Positions 46,701-55,465 of a stretch of 64,000 bases of DNA are shown piece after piece (the first letter of the stretch is position 1; every line of letters starts with the position of its first letter). Source of the DNA: a virus. The stretch spans positions 64,001-128,000 of the IMG/VR virus record IMGVR_UViG_3300047564_002270. One strand, 5' to 3'. The translations under genes and the position numbers were made by a program. Below the pieces are notes generated by a model that saw only the letters and a list, made by a program, of their open reading frames with translations, was not told where the DNA came from and did no database searches.

Positions 46701-49176
46701 AAATATTGACTCAAGTCTTTGCGCAAAAGACGTTAAAAATATTTGGAAAGGAATTTGTTTTGATATTACAAGAGGTGGAAATTCTAAGTCTGTGGGTGCT
46801 GGCAAATCCTATTATGATGAAGATTGGAATTTAAAAACAGGAATTCTTAAGAACCCATCAGAAGTTGAGCAAACTATTGCGACTTTAGACTACTCATTTA
46901 AAGTAGCACGTTCAATAGTCAATAACTGCACTTGGGGAGGATATCCGGTAGGAGTTGGAACTAGCGTTTCTAACGCAGTTTATGATCATGTAACTGGAAT
47001 TACTACTATTACAACTAATGGTCCTCACGGATTGAGTAAAGATGATCCAGCTAGAATTGTTGGATTAGCATTTACTTGTAGTTATGATGGTGGGGCAACA
47101 CAATTAATTTTCCCAAGGGAAGGTGATTATGGTGTTATATTCCCAGTTCAATCTGTAGTTGGACCAAATACATTTACTTTTGTCGGCGGAGCATCAACAC
47201 TCCCTCATTATTACACTACTGGAGGAACAGTTCAGAAATATCAAAACTTCCAACAAGAATTTACTCAGGTTAAAGATCTTGGAATTCAGGTCGACCCAGA
47301 AACTGGATTTAATAATAGTGTTAATTCTTGTGCAAATGTTATTTCTGCAATGCATTCTTGCATCGGAGTTGTAACTTCTATTGTTGGTTTAGGATCAACC
47401 GCGTTCTCCACTGTTGGATTTAATACAACATATCCAGGAAACAGTGGATATGGATTTAATTCAGTAACATCAGTAATTGGCGCAACATATGATAATACAA
47501 GTGGAATAGCAACAATTACTGCTCCAGGAATTCTAGTTAAAAAAGGTGATTTAATTGAGATTAGAGATCTTGAGTTCTCTTGTTCATATGACCCATCAAA
47601 CATATTAAAGTTTCCATCAGGTTATTATGGATATGATTTTAATATTGATAAAATAAATCCAGATGGAAGTTTTGCAATTAATGTCGGAGTTTCAACAATT
47701 GTTCATAATTATGAGGGTGGTGGATTTATTGTTAAGCGTTCTATAGGTGTCACAACTGCTTCTTATAATAATGTAACTGGTATTACTACAGTAACAGCAG
47801 CAGGTGCAGTTGTTAAGAAGGGAGATCTAGTTGTTCTTAGAGATCTTGAGTTTTCTTGCACAAGTGGTGCTGGAACTACAACATTATATCCAACTGGTAA
47901 TAGAGGATTTACTTTTGAAGTTCTTAATATTATTGGTGGAGACTCAGATGGTTCCAATACATTTGTTGTAAATGTTGGACCATCAACAATTCCTCATACT
48001 TATCAGGGTGGTGGAGTTGTTCTTCCACCATATTCCAAAGGAACTGGACCTGTAACTCAAGGTCCTTATGTAAGAAACTGCACCAACTTTATTCCAGGAA
48101 GTATTGGAATGCTTGTGGATGGTGTTAATGCTGAACCAGGAGACCAAGACGATATTGGTGTTACTGGAGCAATGAGCGTTGACTCATATACTCAATATAA
48201 TCAAGGTGGTATTGGAGTTTCTATTACCAACGGTGCTTATTGTCAGTTAGTTTCTATCTTTACAATTTGCGATGATATTGCGATTTACACAGGATCTGGC
48301 GGTCAGTGTGATATTACAAACTCTAACTCATCATTCGGTAATTATGGTCTTGTTTCCAATGGTGTTGGTGGACCAGATAGTAAATCAATTTATAGATATA
48401 CTGGAAATATTATTGTAAATAAAGACGGAAATGAACCTGCCGCTGAACAGGCAACAATCACAGTTTCTGGAATTGGATCATATAGACCATATGATGGACA
48501 AGCTCTCTACTTTGGTGAACTGTTCTATACTGTTCAAAGAGTAGAAATTACTGATGGTGGAAGTGGATATAACGAGGATGATCCTCCAATAGTAACTTTT
48601 GATGATCCTGAAGGTGAAAATGGAATTACTGCAGAAGCATTAGTAACTGTAGAAAATGGAAAAGTCGTTTCAGTTGACCTTGTAAGTAGCGGAAGTCAAT
48701 ATAGAACTCCACCAGATATTAGATTTAGTGGTGGGGGAATTGGCATTACAACTGCTACTGCACAGGCAGTAATGACTCCAATTTATTATACAATTGAAAG
48801 TGCAACTCTTCCTAGTGCTGGAATTTCTACAATTATATTGAATACAAATCTAAATAATAACGTAAGTGTAGGAACCACGGTTTATTTCTCCAGATTAAGT
48901 TTGCAGATTGCTACAACAATTTCTTTTGAATGGGTTGGGGCAGGAACAGACATTAATAGAGCAAAACCAGGATTAGGTGGTGTAGTTGTTCCAGAAAATC
49001 AAGTTGTTAAAATTGACGGCGGACAAGTTGTTTATACCAGCACAGACCAGGCTGGTAACTTTAGAATTGGTGATGGTGTAACCGTCAATCAGCTTACTGG
49101 AACCGTATCTGGTAGAGCATTTAATCAAAGTTTGTTAAATACAGTAACTCCACTCATCATCGCATTAGGTAAGTAA
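43714..49176 (+). CDS. Large fibre protein: beta-helix scaffold with inserted helical (phycobiliprotein-like) and beta repeat domains
   Basis: MAIDKNFVVKNGL, IGIGT, TIYVS..GDD.N.G, PYVRNCT and ITNSNSSFG motifs. Confidence 0.8.
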   Translation: MAIDKNFVVKNGLEVSDNLIHADAVTKRIGIGTDQPEYLLDVKAIPKPGEVIVGIATTTVAIFRGDVIIQGTLDVANDEINLDYGDITNIIGENLNYGIGTIRNFTSTNAGITTLTVTNINAGPGIASLPLIVSGIATVDLGIGNTLRYQTGFITSIIGSNLNYSIGTITNLSGTISTITTSTGTDLEYTNAYISNLYAQSGIVTTLNSTNATLTSVSGDNLTYNTGTITTFTSSDGTITNLTGTAVTYSAGNFTNIVGVSVTATDFSGEQATINVLDGEQLNYAIGTFRNSLYVNSALYDDNRQYGNYGQYLKSLGGTGGSDGGPAVQWESFGVLRNREVFTASAGQSEFAFQYDLSTLGDPPGIGIGVNPEALYLDVYLNGVKLIQGDDYIATSGVGITLTTPADLGDIIEMNALIDNDLILIDGATITVSNFGENAGIASFIDFTDNMFVIGAGGPGIVTVGVALSGTYVIDVAGISSFTDTVLINQVSTANTFYAVNLTDLTGGIGTYKDTFVDADLAGLIYYPLGPKLGIGVSILEDYNLTVAIDAKIGNIALETNTLTGEAKISPTQSVVSLGTTDRITIGSSLAVENDITAEGSVTAEEYYGDGVNLVGIVTQIVAGIGVNVFGSQPQGKGVVKIDAYRPIGKTIYVSQTGDDNNTGLAENYPKRTIKAAAGAALFGDTIKVFPGVYVEENPILLKKTVAVEGTELRNCVVTPKYPNQDLFFVNNGCHLTDLSFIGPQMTNGAAIVSFERLLGVSTGRYFDAARLIRLNLDYIAKESVGFLTSGFSGFAGTHREQDAGRLLDLNLDFIAEETVAWLYTPNADPSQGYLGSAGLALTTTGLTGSPPPVPATVKQSCKDDVKDIIRSISNDLKANSNRNSVGAGKSYYDPSGNLLHINGQDGNGNSIRAATVAAINHAVGIATYIINNIDYKAQPGIVSFTSTNQNFSYSPIIVPGGCPETITKINGLRDNIVNIISDYSTLAGITTIYGVNIDSSLCAKDVKNIWKGICFDITRGGNSKSVGAGKSYYDEDWNLKTGILKNPSEVEQTIATLDYSFKVARSIVNNCTWGGYPVGVGTSVSNAVYDHVTGITTITTNGPHGLSKDDPARIVGLAFTCSYDGGATQLIFPREGDYGVIFPVQSVVGPNTFTFVGGASTLPHYYTTGGTVQKYQNFQQEFTQVKDLGIQVDPETGFNNSVNSCANVISAMHSCIGVVTSIVGLGSTAFSTVGFNTTYPGNSGYGFNSVTSVIGATYDNTSGIATITAPGILVKKGDLIEIRDLEFSCSYDPSNILKFPSGYYGYDFNIDKINPDGSFAINVGVSTIVHNYEGGGFIVKRSIGVTTASYNNVTGITTVTAAGAVVKKGDLVVLRDLEFSCTSGAGTTTLYPTGNRGFTFEVLNIIGGDSDGSNTFVVNVGPSTIPHTYQGGGVVLPPYSKGTGPVTQGPYVRNCTNFIPGSIGMLVDGVNAEPGDQDDIGVTGAMSVDSYTQYNQGGIGVSITNGAYCQLVSIFTICDDIAIYTGSGGQCDITNSNSSFGNYGLVSNGVGGPDSKSIYRYTGNIIVNKDGNEPAAEQATITVSGIGSYRPYDGQALYFGELFYTVQRVEITDGGSGYNEDDPPIVTFDDPEGENGITAEALVTVENGKVVSVDLVSSGSQYRTPPDIRFSGGGIGITTATAQAVMTPIYYTIESATLPSAGISTIILNTNLNNNVSVGTTVYFSRLSLQIATTISFEWVGAGTDINRAKPGLGGVVVPENQVVKIDGGQVVYTSTDQAGNFRIGDGVTVNQLTGTVSGRAFNQSLLNTVTPLIIALGK

Positions 49177-49177
49177 A

Positions 49178-49534
49178 ATGGCAGCAGTAGCTCTTAATAA
49201 ATTCAGAACAATCCGAGTTGGCATTACAACCAATATGGTAGGAATATACACTTGCCCTATTGGTGTTGCTTCCATTATTATTCTTTCTCAGGTTACTAAT
49301 ATTGGAACAGGATCTTCTGTTCATACAGTAACTGCGGTTCATTCTCGCAATAAATCGACTGATACTGGAGATTATAAATTTGCTAATGGAGTTTCTATTC
49401 CACCTAATGATAGTGCCATTTTAATTCCAGATGGAAGACTTGCTCTTGAGACTAATGACTCTATTAAGATTAAAGGAAGTGAGAATGGAGTTCTTGAGTT
49501 GGTATTAAGTGTTCTGGAGACTGCGAAGCAATGA
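49178..49534 (+). CDS. Small virion structural protein
   Basis: ALNKFRT...IYTCP.GV..II...SVLET; coupled within the fibre operon. Confidence 0.7.
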   Translation: MAAVALNKFRTIRVGITTNMVGIYTCPIGVASIIILSQVTNIGTGSSVHTVTAVHSRNKSTDTGDYKFANGVSIPPNDSAILIPDGRLALETNDSIKIKGSENGVLELVLSVLETAKQ

Positions 49535-50400
49535 CACGAAGAACTAGGATATTATCAATACTGGGAAGTTCTATTGGTATTAATACAATTACCAATTCAG
49601 TATCTCTTGGGTCTTCAACTTCCCCAATGTCATTTCAAAATGGTATTATTGATTCTAATGCAGGTGTTGGATCTACTGGATTTGTTTTAACTTCTATTGG
49701 TGCTGGAGTTAGTTGGTCTTCATTAGGACAAAGTGCCCAAGGAATTCAAGGACGTCAAGGAACTACAGGAATAGGATCACAAGGACTTCAAGGAACTCAA
49801 GGTGTTCAAGGACCTAGTGGTGTGGGAACTGGAGGATCTGGATCTCAAGGAATTCAAGGTCTCTCAGGTTCTGTTGGTGTTCAAGGTGCTACAGGTGCTA
49901 CAGGAATAGGATCACAAGGACTTCAAGGTGTTCAAGGTGCTACGGGAATAGGATCACAAGGAGTTCAGGGAGTTCAAGGTCCAAGTGGTGTAGGAACTGG
50001 AGGATCTGGTTCTCAAGGAATTCAGGGAGTTCAAGGGATTTCCGGCATTGTTGGAGTTCAGGGAGTTCAAGGATCTACTGGATCAAGTGGAATAGGATCT
50101 CAAGGTGCTCAAGGAGTTCAAGGGATTTCCGGCATTGTTGGAGTTCAGGGGGTTCAAGGATCTACTGGTCCCGTAGCAGGATCTGCTAATCAAGTAGTAT
50201 ACAAAAATGCATCAAACGTTGCAACAGGTTCTTCATCACTAACTTTTGATGGGTCAATTCTTTCAGCAAGTGGAATTATCATTGCTGCTAATGGATTTAT
50301 GAGTTCTGCATCAGACTATCCAGTGAAAATTGATGTTGTTGGAAGTACACTTGTATTTTCTGTTGCTGGTATTGGATCAGCTACATTGAACCTGGTCTAA
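49531..50400 (+). CDS. Collagen-like fibre protein
   Basis: G-X-Q triplets. Confidence 0.8.
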   Translation: MTRRTRILSILGSSIGINTITNSVSLGSSTSPMSFQNGIIDSNAGVGSTGFVLTSIGAGVSWSSLGQSAQGIQGRQGTTGIGSQGLQGTQGVQGPSGVGTGGSGSQGIQGLSGSVGVQGATGATGIGSQGLQGVQGATGIGSQGVQGVQGPSGVGTGGSGSQGIQGVQGISGIVGVQGVQGSTGSSGIGSQGAQGVQGISGIVGVQGVQGSTGPVAGSANQVVYKNASNVATGSSSLTFDGSILSASGIIIAANGFMSSASDYPVKIDVVGSTLVFSVAGIGSATLNLV

Positions 50401-50445
50401 ATAATGAGAACAAGAACTAACATAATTCACCTCAAAAATAGTTAA

Positions 50446-52761
50446 ATGGCGAGATTAAATTCTGGAAGAGTTGTAAGAACTCCACAATCAAGAATTACTT
50501 CCGATAGGTATCAGTTTCTTGGATTAGAGCAAGCTGAACCAAATCTCGGTGACCCTTTAGTAGGACCATCTTCGGTTACTGCAAAACCGCTTCCTTTAGG
50601 TCAGTATTATACTGTAATTGGAGTAGGAACTCAACCAGGAGAACGATATTGGGCCACAGGCAATATTGGAATTGGAACTACTCAAGGTCTTATAAGTGTT
50701 TTTGATAGAGGTACTTTGCCATCCAATGCCTTCACTAGAATTGGGGCATTAAATTTTGTAGGAACGGGAGTTACCGTAGAAACTTCCTCATTTGAAATGT
50801 TTCCTGGAGTTGGTGTAGCAACAATTAGAATTGCAGTTGATGAAGTTTTAAATCAAGGAAATGTAGGTGAATTCCTTGTTAATACTTCAACTGGATTTGC
50901 ATTTGGAACTCCTGATTTATTTTATAATGCATCAACTCGTAGGGTTGGTGTAGCAACAAATAATCCGATTTTTACATTAGATGTTGCTGGTGATGGTAGA
51001 TTTATCAGTTCCGTTACTGCTCCCGATTTTTATGGCGATTTAAGTGGAACTGCAACAACTGCAACTAATCTAACCAGTGCTGCGAATATTACTGGAGGAT
51101 TTTTAAGCACAGAAAGAGTAGATCCAAGTGAATTTTATCCAATTTATGTCAATAAGGCAAAGGAAGCAGAAAATATTAGCGGAATTGCAGAAACTTCTAG
51201 AAATGTAATCGGTGGTATTGGTTCTATTACATCACTATATGTTGGTGGTGGAGCAGCAATTGTCGGAGTTGGAACTTCAATAGGTTTAATTTTAGAAGGA
51301 TTTTTGGCATATGATGCTGATGATATTGATGGAACTAGTGGAACAACTACTTCAGTATTAATGTCTCAAGGACCTGGCCTTGGAGTTACTTGGAAAACCG
51401 TTCAAGAAGCTGCTCTTTTTGGTCTTCAAGGTATTCAAGGAATTCAAGGAATTCAAGGACGTCAAGGTATTCAGGGAATTCAAGGACCTCAAGGTATTCA
51501 AGGACCTCAAGGTATTCAAGGAACTGCAGGTCCTCAAGGACTACAGGGAATTAGTGGTGATTTTGGAACTCAGGGTCTCCTAGGAATTCAAGGACTTCAA
51601 GGAACCATAGGACCTCAAGGAATTCAAGGAAATCAAGGTCCTTTAGGAATTCAAGGAATTCAAGGAATTCAAGGGGTTCAAGGAACTTTTGGGGGTGTTG
51701 GGGTTCCAGGTGCTCAGGGTCTTCAAGGAATTCAAGGAATTCAAGGAATTCAAGGAAATCAAGGTATTCAAGGTATTTCCGGAACTCTTGGAACTCCAGG
51801 TGTTCAAGGTATTCAAGGTGTTCAAGGATCTCAAGGTCTTCAAGGTATTCAAGGACCTCAAGGTCTTCAAGGAACTGCAGGTCCTCAGGGACTTCAGGGA
51901 CTTCAAGGAATTCAAGGTCTTTCTGGTGGAGCAGGAACACCAGGATCTCAAGGACTTCAAGGTATTCAAGGAACTACAGGCTCTCAGGGACTTCAAGGAA
52001 TTCAAGGACTCCAGGGAACTCAAGGACCTCAAGGTATTCAAGGAATTCAAGGAAGTCAAGGTATTCAAGGTCTTTCTGGTGGAGCAGGAACACCAGGATC
52101 TCAAGGACTTCAAGGTCTTCAAGGTATTCAAGGACCTCAAGGACTCCAGGGAACTCAAGGACTCCAGGGAACTCAAGGACCTCAAGGTCTCCAAGGAATT
52201 ACCGGAGCAGGAACTCAAGGTATTCAGGGAATTCAAGGACCTCAAGGTATTCAGGGAATTCAAGGACCTCAAGGTATTCAGGGAATTCAAGGACGTCAAG
52301 GTATTCAGGGAATTCAAGGTCCTCAAGGTCTCCAAGGAATTACCGGAGCAGGAACTCAAGGTATTCAGGGTATTCAAGGACCTCAAGGTATTCAGGGAAT
52401 TCAAGGACGTCAAGGTATTCAAGGCGTTCAAGGAACCTTTGGTCCTGCAACTATACCCCAAACGCTTGCAACACCACCTTATACATTAGATCCATCAGAT
52501 AATGGAAAACACGTATCAGTTGGTGGTGCTGGAGCAACTGTAACAATTCCAACTGGATTATTCTCTTCAGGAAATAATGTGGTTATCTATAATTCTGGAG
52601 CAACATCTATTGGAATTAATACCACAGGATCTACTGGAGTGGTATTAAGATTTGCAGGAAGCACTTTAACTGGAAATAGAGATCTTGCTCCTTATGGGGT
52701 CGCTACGCTTTTATGTGTAAATACTAATGAATATGTAATTTCTGGAGCAGGTTTATACTGA
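50446..52761 (+). CDS. Collagen-like tail fibre protein
   Basis: About 340 aa of uninterrupted G-X-Y (mostly G-X-Q); C-terminal GVATLLCV...ISGAGL domain. Confidence 0.85.
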   Translation: MARLNSGRVVRTPQSRITSDRYQFLGLEQAEPNLGDPLVGPSSVTAKPLPLGQYYTVIGVGTQPGERYWATGNIGIGTTQGLISVFDRGTLPSNAFTRIGALNFVGTGVTVETSSFEMFPGVGVATIRIAVDEVLNQGNVGEFLVNTSTGFAFGTPDLFYNASTRRVGVATNNPIFTLDVAGDGRFISSVTAPDFYGDLSGTATTATNLTSAANITGGFLSTERVDPSEFYPIYVNKAKEAENISGIAETSRNVIGGIGSITSLYVGGGAAIVGVGTSIGLILEGFLAYDADDIDGTSGTTTSVLMSQGPGLGVTWKTVQEAALFGLQGIQGIQGIQGRQGIQGIQGPQGIQGPQGIQGTAGPQGLQGISGDFGTQGLLGIQGLQGTIGPQGIQGNQGPLGIQGIQGIQGVQGTFGGVGVPGAQGLQGIQGIQGIQGNQGIQGISGTLGTPGVQGIQGVQGSQGLQGIQGPQGLQGTAGPQGLQGLQGIQGLSGGAGTPGSQGLQGIQGTTGSQGLQGIQGLQGTQGPQGIQGIQGSQGIQGLSGGAGTPGSQGLQGLQGIQGPQGLQGTQGLQGTQGPQGLQGITGAGTQGIQGIQGPQGIQGIQGPQGIQGIQGRQGIQGIQGPQGLQGITGAGTQGIQGIQGPQGIQGIQGRQGIQGVQGTFGPATIPQTLATPPYTLDPSDNGKHVSVGGAGATVTIPTGLFSSGNNVVIYNSGATSIGINTTGSTGVVLRFAGSTLTGNRDLAPYGVATLLCVNTNEYVISGAGLY
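51421..52446 (+). repeat. 9-bp periodic collagen-coding repeat
   Basis: GG(A/T)-NNN-CAA units with longer exact duplications. Confidence 0.9.
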
Positions 52762-52762
52762 T

Positions 52763-55276
52763 ATGACTTTTCCCGCACAATTATTATCTTACATAAATTC
52801 TCAACAAAATCAAGTATCTTATACTACAGCAGGAGTTAGTAGTTATTTTACAGTTCCTGAGGGTGTAACTTCACTATCTGCAGTCTGTATTGGTGCAGGT
52901 GGAGGTGGTGGTGGAACTGGATCTGATAGTTTTGCTGCAGGTGGAGGCGGTGGAGGAGGTCTCACTTGGGGAATTTTTTCTGTTGTCCCAGGAGATGTTT
53001 TAGAAATTTTTGTCGGAACTGCAGGTGTTGCTGGAGCAGCTTCGAATGCTGCTGCGGGGGTAGGGGGAGCGGGTGGAGATACGTACATTAGATTATTTTC
53101 AAGAGTTGGTGGCGGCGCAGGTGTAGGAGGTAATATTCTAATTGCTGAAGGTGGAAGAGGCGGGGGCAAAGCAACTACTAACACAGGTTCTGCTGCAGGA
53201 GGTGCAGGTGGTCGTGGTGGTTCAACTTCTTATGGAGCTCCAACTAATGCAGGAATTACCGTTTTTAAATATAATGGAGGTGCCGGAGGTAATGGTGGAT
53301 CTTGCACAGGTGGGGGTGCTGGCGGCGGAGGTGCCGGCGGTTATATTGGAGCGGGCGGCAATGGCGGTTCAGTTAATCCAAATACAGTTGCTACTTCTGC
53401 CGTAACCGGATCTGGTGGTGGTGGTGGAGGTGGTGGAACCGGAACTGGTGGTCTTTCTCAAAAAGGATATGGAGGTGGTGGCGTTGGTGCCTATGGAATT
53501 GACATAACAGGAGAACTTAATTCAACAGGAGAACCTGGTAGTAATGACACTGGTAGTGGAGGGTCTGGTGGTGGAGGAGGATCTTTCTTCAACGATCCTG
53601 GTTTAGGAATTGCTGCACAATATATTTCAGAATCTGTTTCAACAACAACCTCTATTGATTATCCCGTTGGAATAACCACAGGAGATTTTCTTCTTTTAAT
53701 GTCAGGATCTGATGTTTATACTGGAGACAGACAATTAGCAACCAATTTTACATCTATTCCAGTTCCAGTAGGATTTACTACTATCAGTCAATCAGTCAAT
53801 GGCGTATATAGAATAAGTTCTTCAGGAATAGCCACAGAAGCTATTCCTGCTAATGTTACAGCTATTGCCAATAAATCAAGAGATTTAAATTTCACATCAT
53901 CTTACAGATTTGTTCCTGAAGGTGGTCTTAGTGGAACATTAGCTGGTCTTACAACATCTTCAGTTCATAATATGTTTGCTCTTAGGTTTCTACCTAATCC
54001 ACCAACAATTAATTATTTGACAACAAGTGGAAATCCTGGTCTTCAGGTTAATACTGGCGGTTCACTTATGCCAAATCCCCCAGCATATGTTGGAACTCCT
54101 AGAGGAGCATTTTCACTTGCTCTTGGATATTTAACTAACGCAATTTTATTAAGTCCAGGGTCAACTACTGCAGGGGCAGGAACAACAGAAATTGCTACAG
54201 TAAATGGAGGAAGAACTCCGCCAAGGGGTGGTGAAGGGGTTGGACTAGTCGCATCTTATCGACAGGTTGCAACGGGAACTACTGAAACATTTGATCCTGG
54301 GCCCTTTTTAACCGGAACAACATCACATGCCCGTGCTTGGTCAATTGAAGTTCCACGATCAAATACGGCAAATCCAGTTTCTATTATCGGAACTGCTTCC
54401 ACATCGACATGGAACGAACCAGATACAGACAATTTTACTTTACCAACAACACTTGATATATCTGGTATTGTATCAGATGGTTGCACAGTTATGGTTATTA
54501 GTGCTTATGATAATAACGCTACTCCCAGTACTCCACAACTTACCGGTGTTGCACTTGACCGTTTTATTGCCGGCAGCAGCGGGCCCGCTTCCTTTGATAC
54601 CGGTGGAATGGGATGGAATATTCGATGGGGTATTTGGAATACTGGAGACGGGACAAACATTACAAATTTAGAAGAAGCATCAACAAATATTCCGGCAGCT
54701 CATCTAGTAATTACATTTTCTAATGCAAACATACCAGCAACACCAAATGCACCATCTTTTGACAATAATTCTACTTTTTATGGATCTCCCAATCCTCCTC
54801 AAATAACTACAACACAAAACGGATCTCTCATTCTTGCTATTGGAATGGTTGATAATATCAGAGTATCTAATATTACTAGCGTTCAAGAACCCATTAATGG
54901 TTACAGTCCAATCACAGTTCAAACATATGGAGTAACTGATAATGGTGCAATTCTTATGTCCGCATATAAAAATAATTTAGATCCAGATACTCAAGATATT
55001 CCGGGCACTGAAGATCCAGAACCATTTCGTGGTAATGGGGGTAATGTTTGGGTGGCACAAACAATCATCATTGGAGGTCCTGGAAGTAATACTAGTGGAG
55101 GTCCTAATAATGCAGGACAATGGGGTGGTGGTGGAGGATCCGGAAGAGAGAATGAATCCGTCAGTGGTATGGCTGGTGCCCAAGGATCCGCAAGAATTAT
55201 GTGGGGAAATTCACGTCAATACCCAGCATCAGCTACTGCAGGGAATGCTCCAATAGTTCTAGACTGGACTCCATAA
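52763..55276 (+). CDS. Glycine-rich adhesin-like protein with two internal repeat domains
   Basis: FTVPEGVTSLSAVCIGAGGGGG; poly-Gly loops; paralogous to 29890..33030. Confidence 0.75.
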   Translation: MTFPAQLLSYINSQQNQVSYTTAGVSSYFTVPEGVTSLSAVCIGAGGGGGGTGSDSFAAGGGGGGGLTWGIFSVVPGDVLEIFVGTAGVAGAASNAAAGVGGAGGDTYIRLFSRVGGGAGVGGNILIAEGGRGGGKATTNTGSAAGGAGGRGGSTSYGAPTNAGITVFKYNGGAGGNGGSCTGGGAGGGGAGGYIGAGGNGGSVNPNTVATSAVTGSGGGGGGGGTGTGGLSQKGYGGGGVGAYGIDITGELNSTGEPGSNDTGSGGSGGGGGSFFNDPGLGIAAQYISESVSTTTSIDYPVGITTGDFLLLMSGSDVYTGDRQLATNFTSIPVPVGFTTISQSVNGVYRISSSGIATEAIPANVTAIANKSRDLNFTSSYRFVPEGGLSGTLAGLTTSSVHNMFALRFLPNPPTINYLTTSGNPGLQVNTGGSLMPNPPAYVGTPRGAFSLALGYLTNAILLSPGSTTAGAGTTEIATVNGGRTPPRGGEGVGLVASYRQVATGTTETFDPGPFLTGTTSHARAWSIEVPRSNTANPVSIIGTASTSTWNEPDTDNFTLPTTLDISGIVSDGCTVMVISAYDNNATPSTPQLTGVALDRFIAGSSGPASFDTGGMGWNIRWGIWNTGDGTNITNLEEASTNIPAAHLVITFSNANIPATPNAPSFDNNSTFYGSPNPPQITTTQNGSLILAIGMVDNIRVSNITSVQEPINGYSPITVQTYGVTDNGAILMSAYKNNLDPDTQDIPGTEDPEPFRGNGGNVWVAQTIIIGGPGSNTSGGPNNAGQWGGGGGSGRENESVSGMAGAQGSARIMWGNSRQYPASATAGNAPIVLDWTP

Positions 55277-55300
55277 GAACCACTTCTAGAACCGTCACAG

Positions 55301-55332
55301 ACCCCCCTAGGATCTCTTCCAGGGGGGTTTAT
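55301..55332 (+). terminator. Hairpin ending the structural operon (also part of a promoter unit)
   Basis: ACCCCCCT...AGGGGGGT followed by TTAT. Confidence 0.65.
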
Positions 55333-55360
55333 AGTATATGAGCAACCAAAGACCCCGTTT

Positions 55361-55465
55361 ATGAGGTTTTCCTCCTTTGATCGCCTTCTTTTCCTCAGTT
55401 CTTTTCTACTTTTTATGAACTGGGGAGTTCGCCTTACACAATCTATTTTTAATTATTTCTTCTGA
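55361..55465 (+). CDS. Small hydrophobic protein, 34 aa (not in the ORF track)
   Basis: MRFSSFDRLLFLSSFLLFMNWGVRLTQSIFNYFF; TGATG coupling. Confidence 0.6.
   Translation: MRFSSFDRLLFLSSFLLFMNWGVRLTQSIFNYFF

Noticed and set aside
51421-52446. CRISPR-like array
   Set aside because: Repeats are in-frame coding triplets with no unique spacers; no cas genes.
51380-52489. Long alternative-frame ORFs (FKEFK / LNSLN repeats)
   Set aside because: By-products of the 9-bp collagen periodicity.
29890-55276. Diversity-generating retroelement acting on adhesins
   Set aside because: No reverse transcriptase, and no near-identical template/variable repeat pair differing at adenines was seen in this window.
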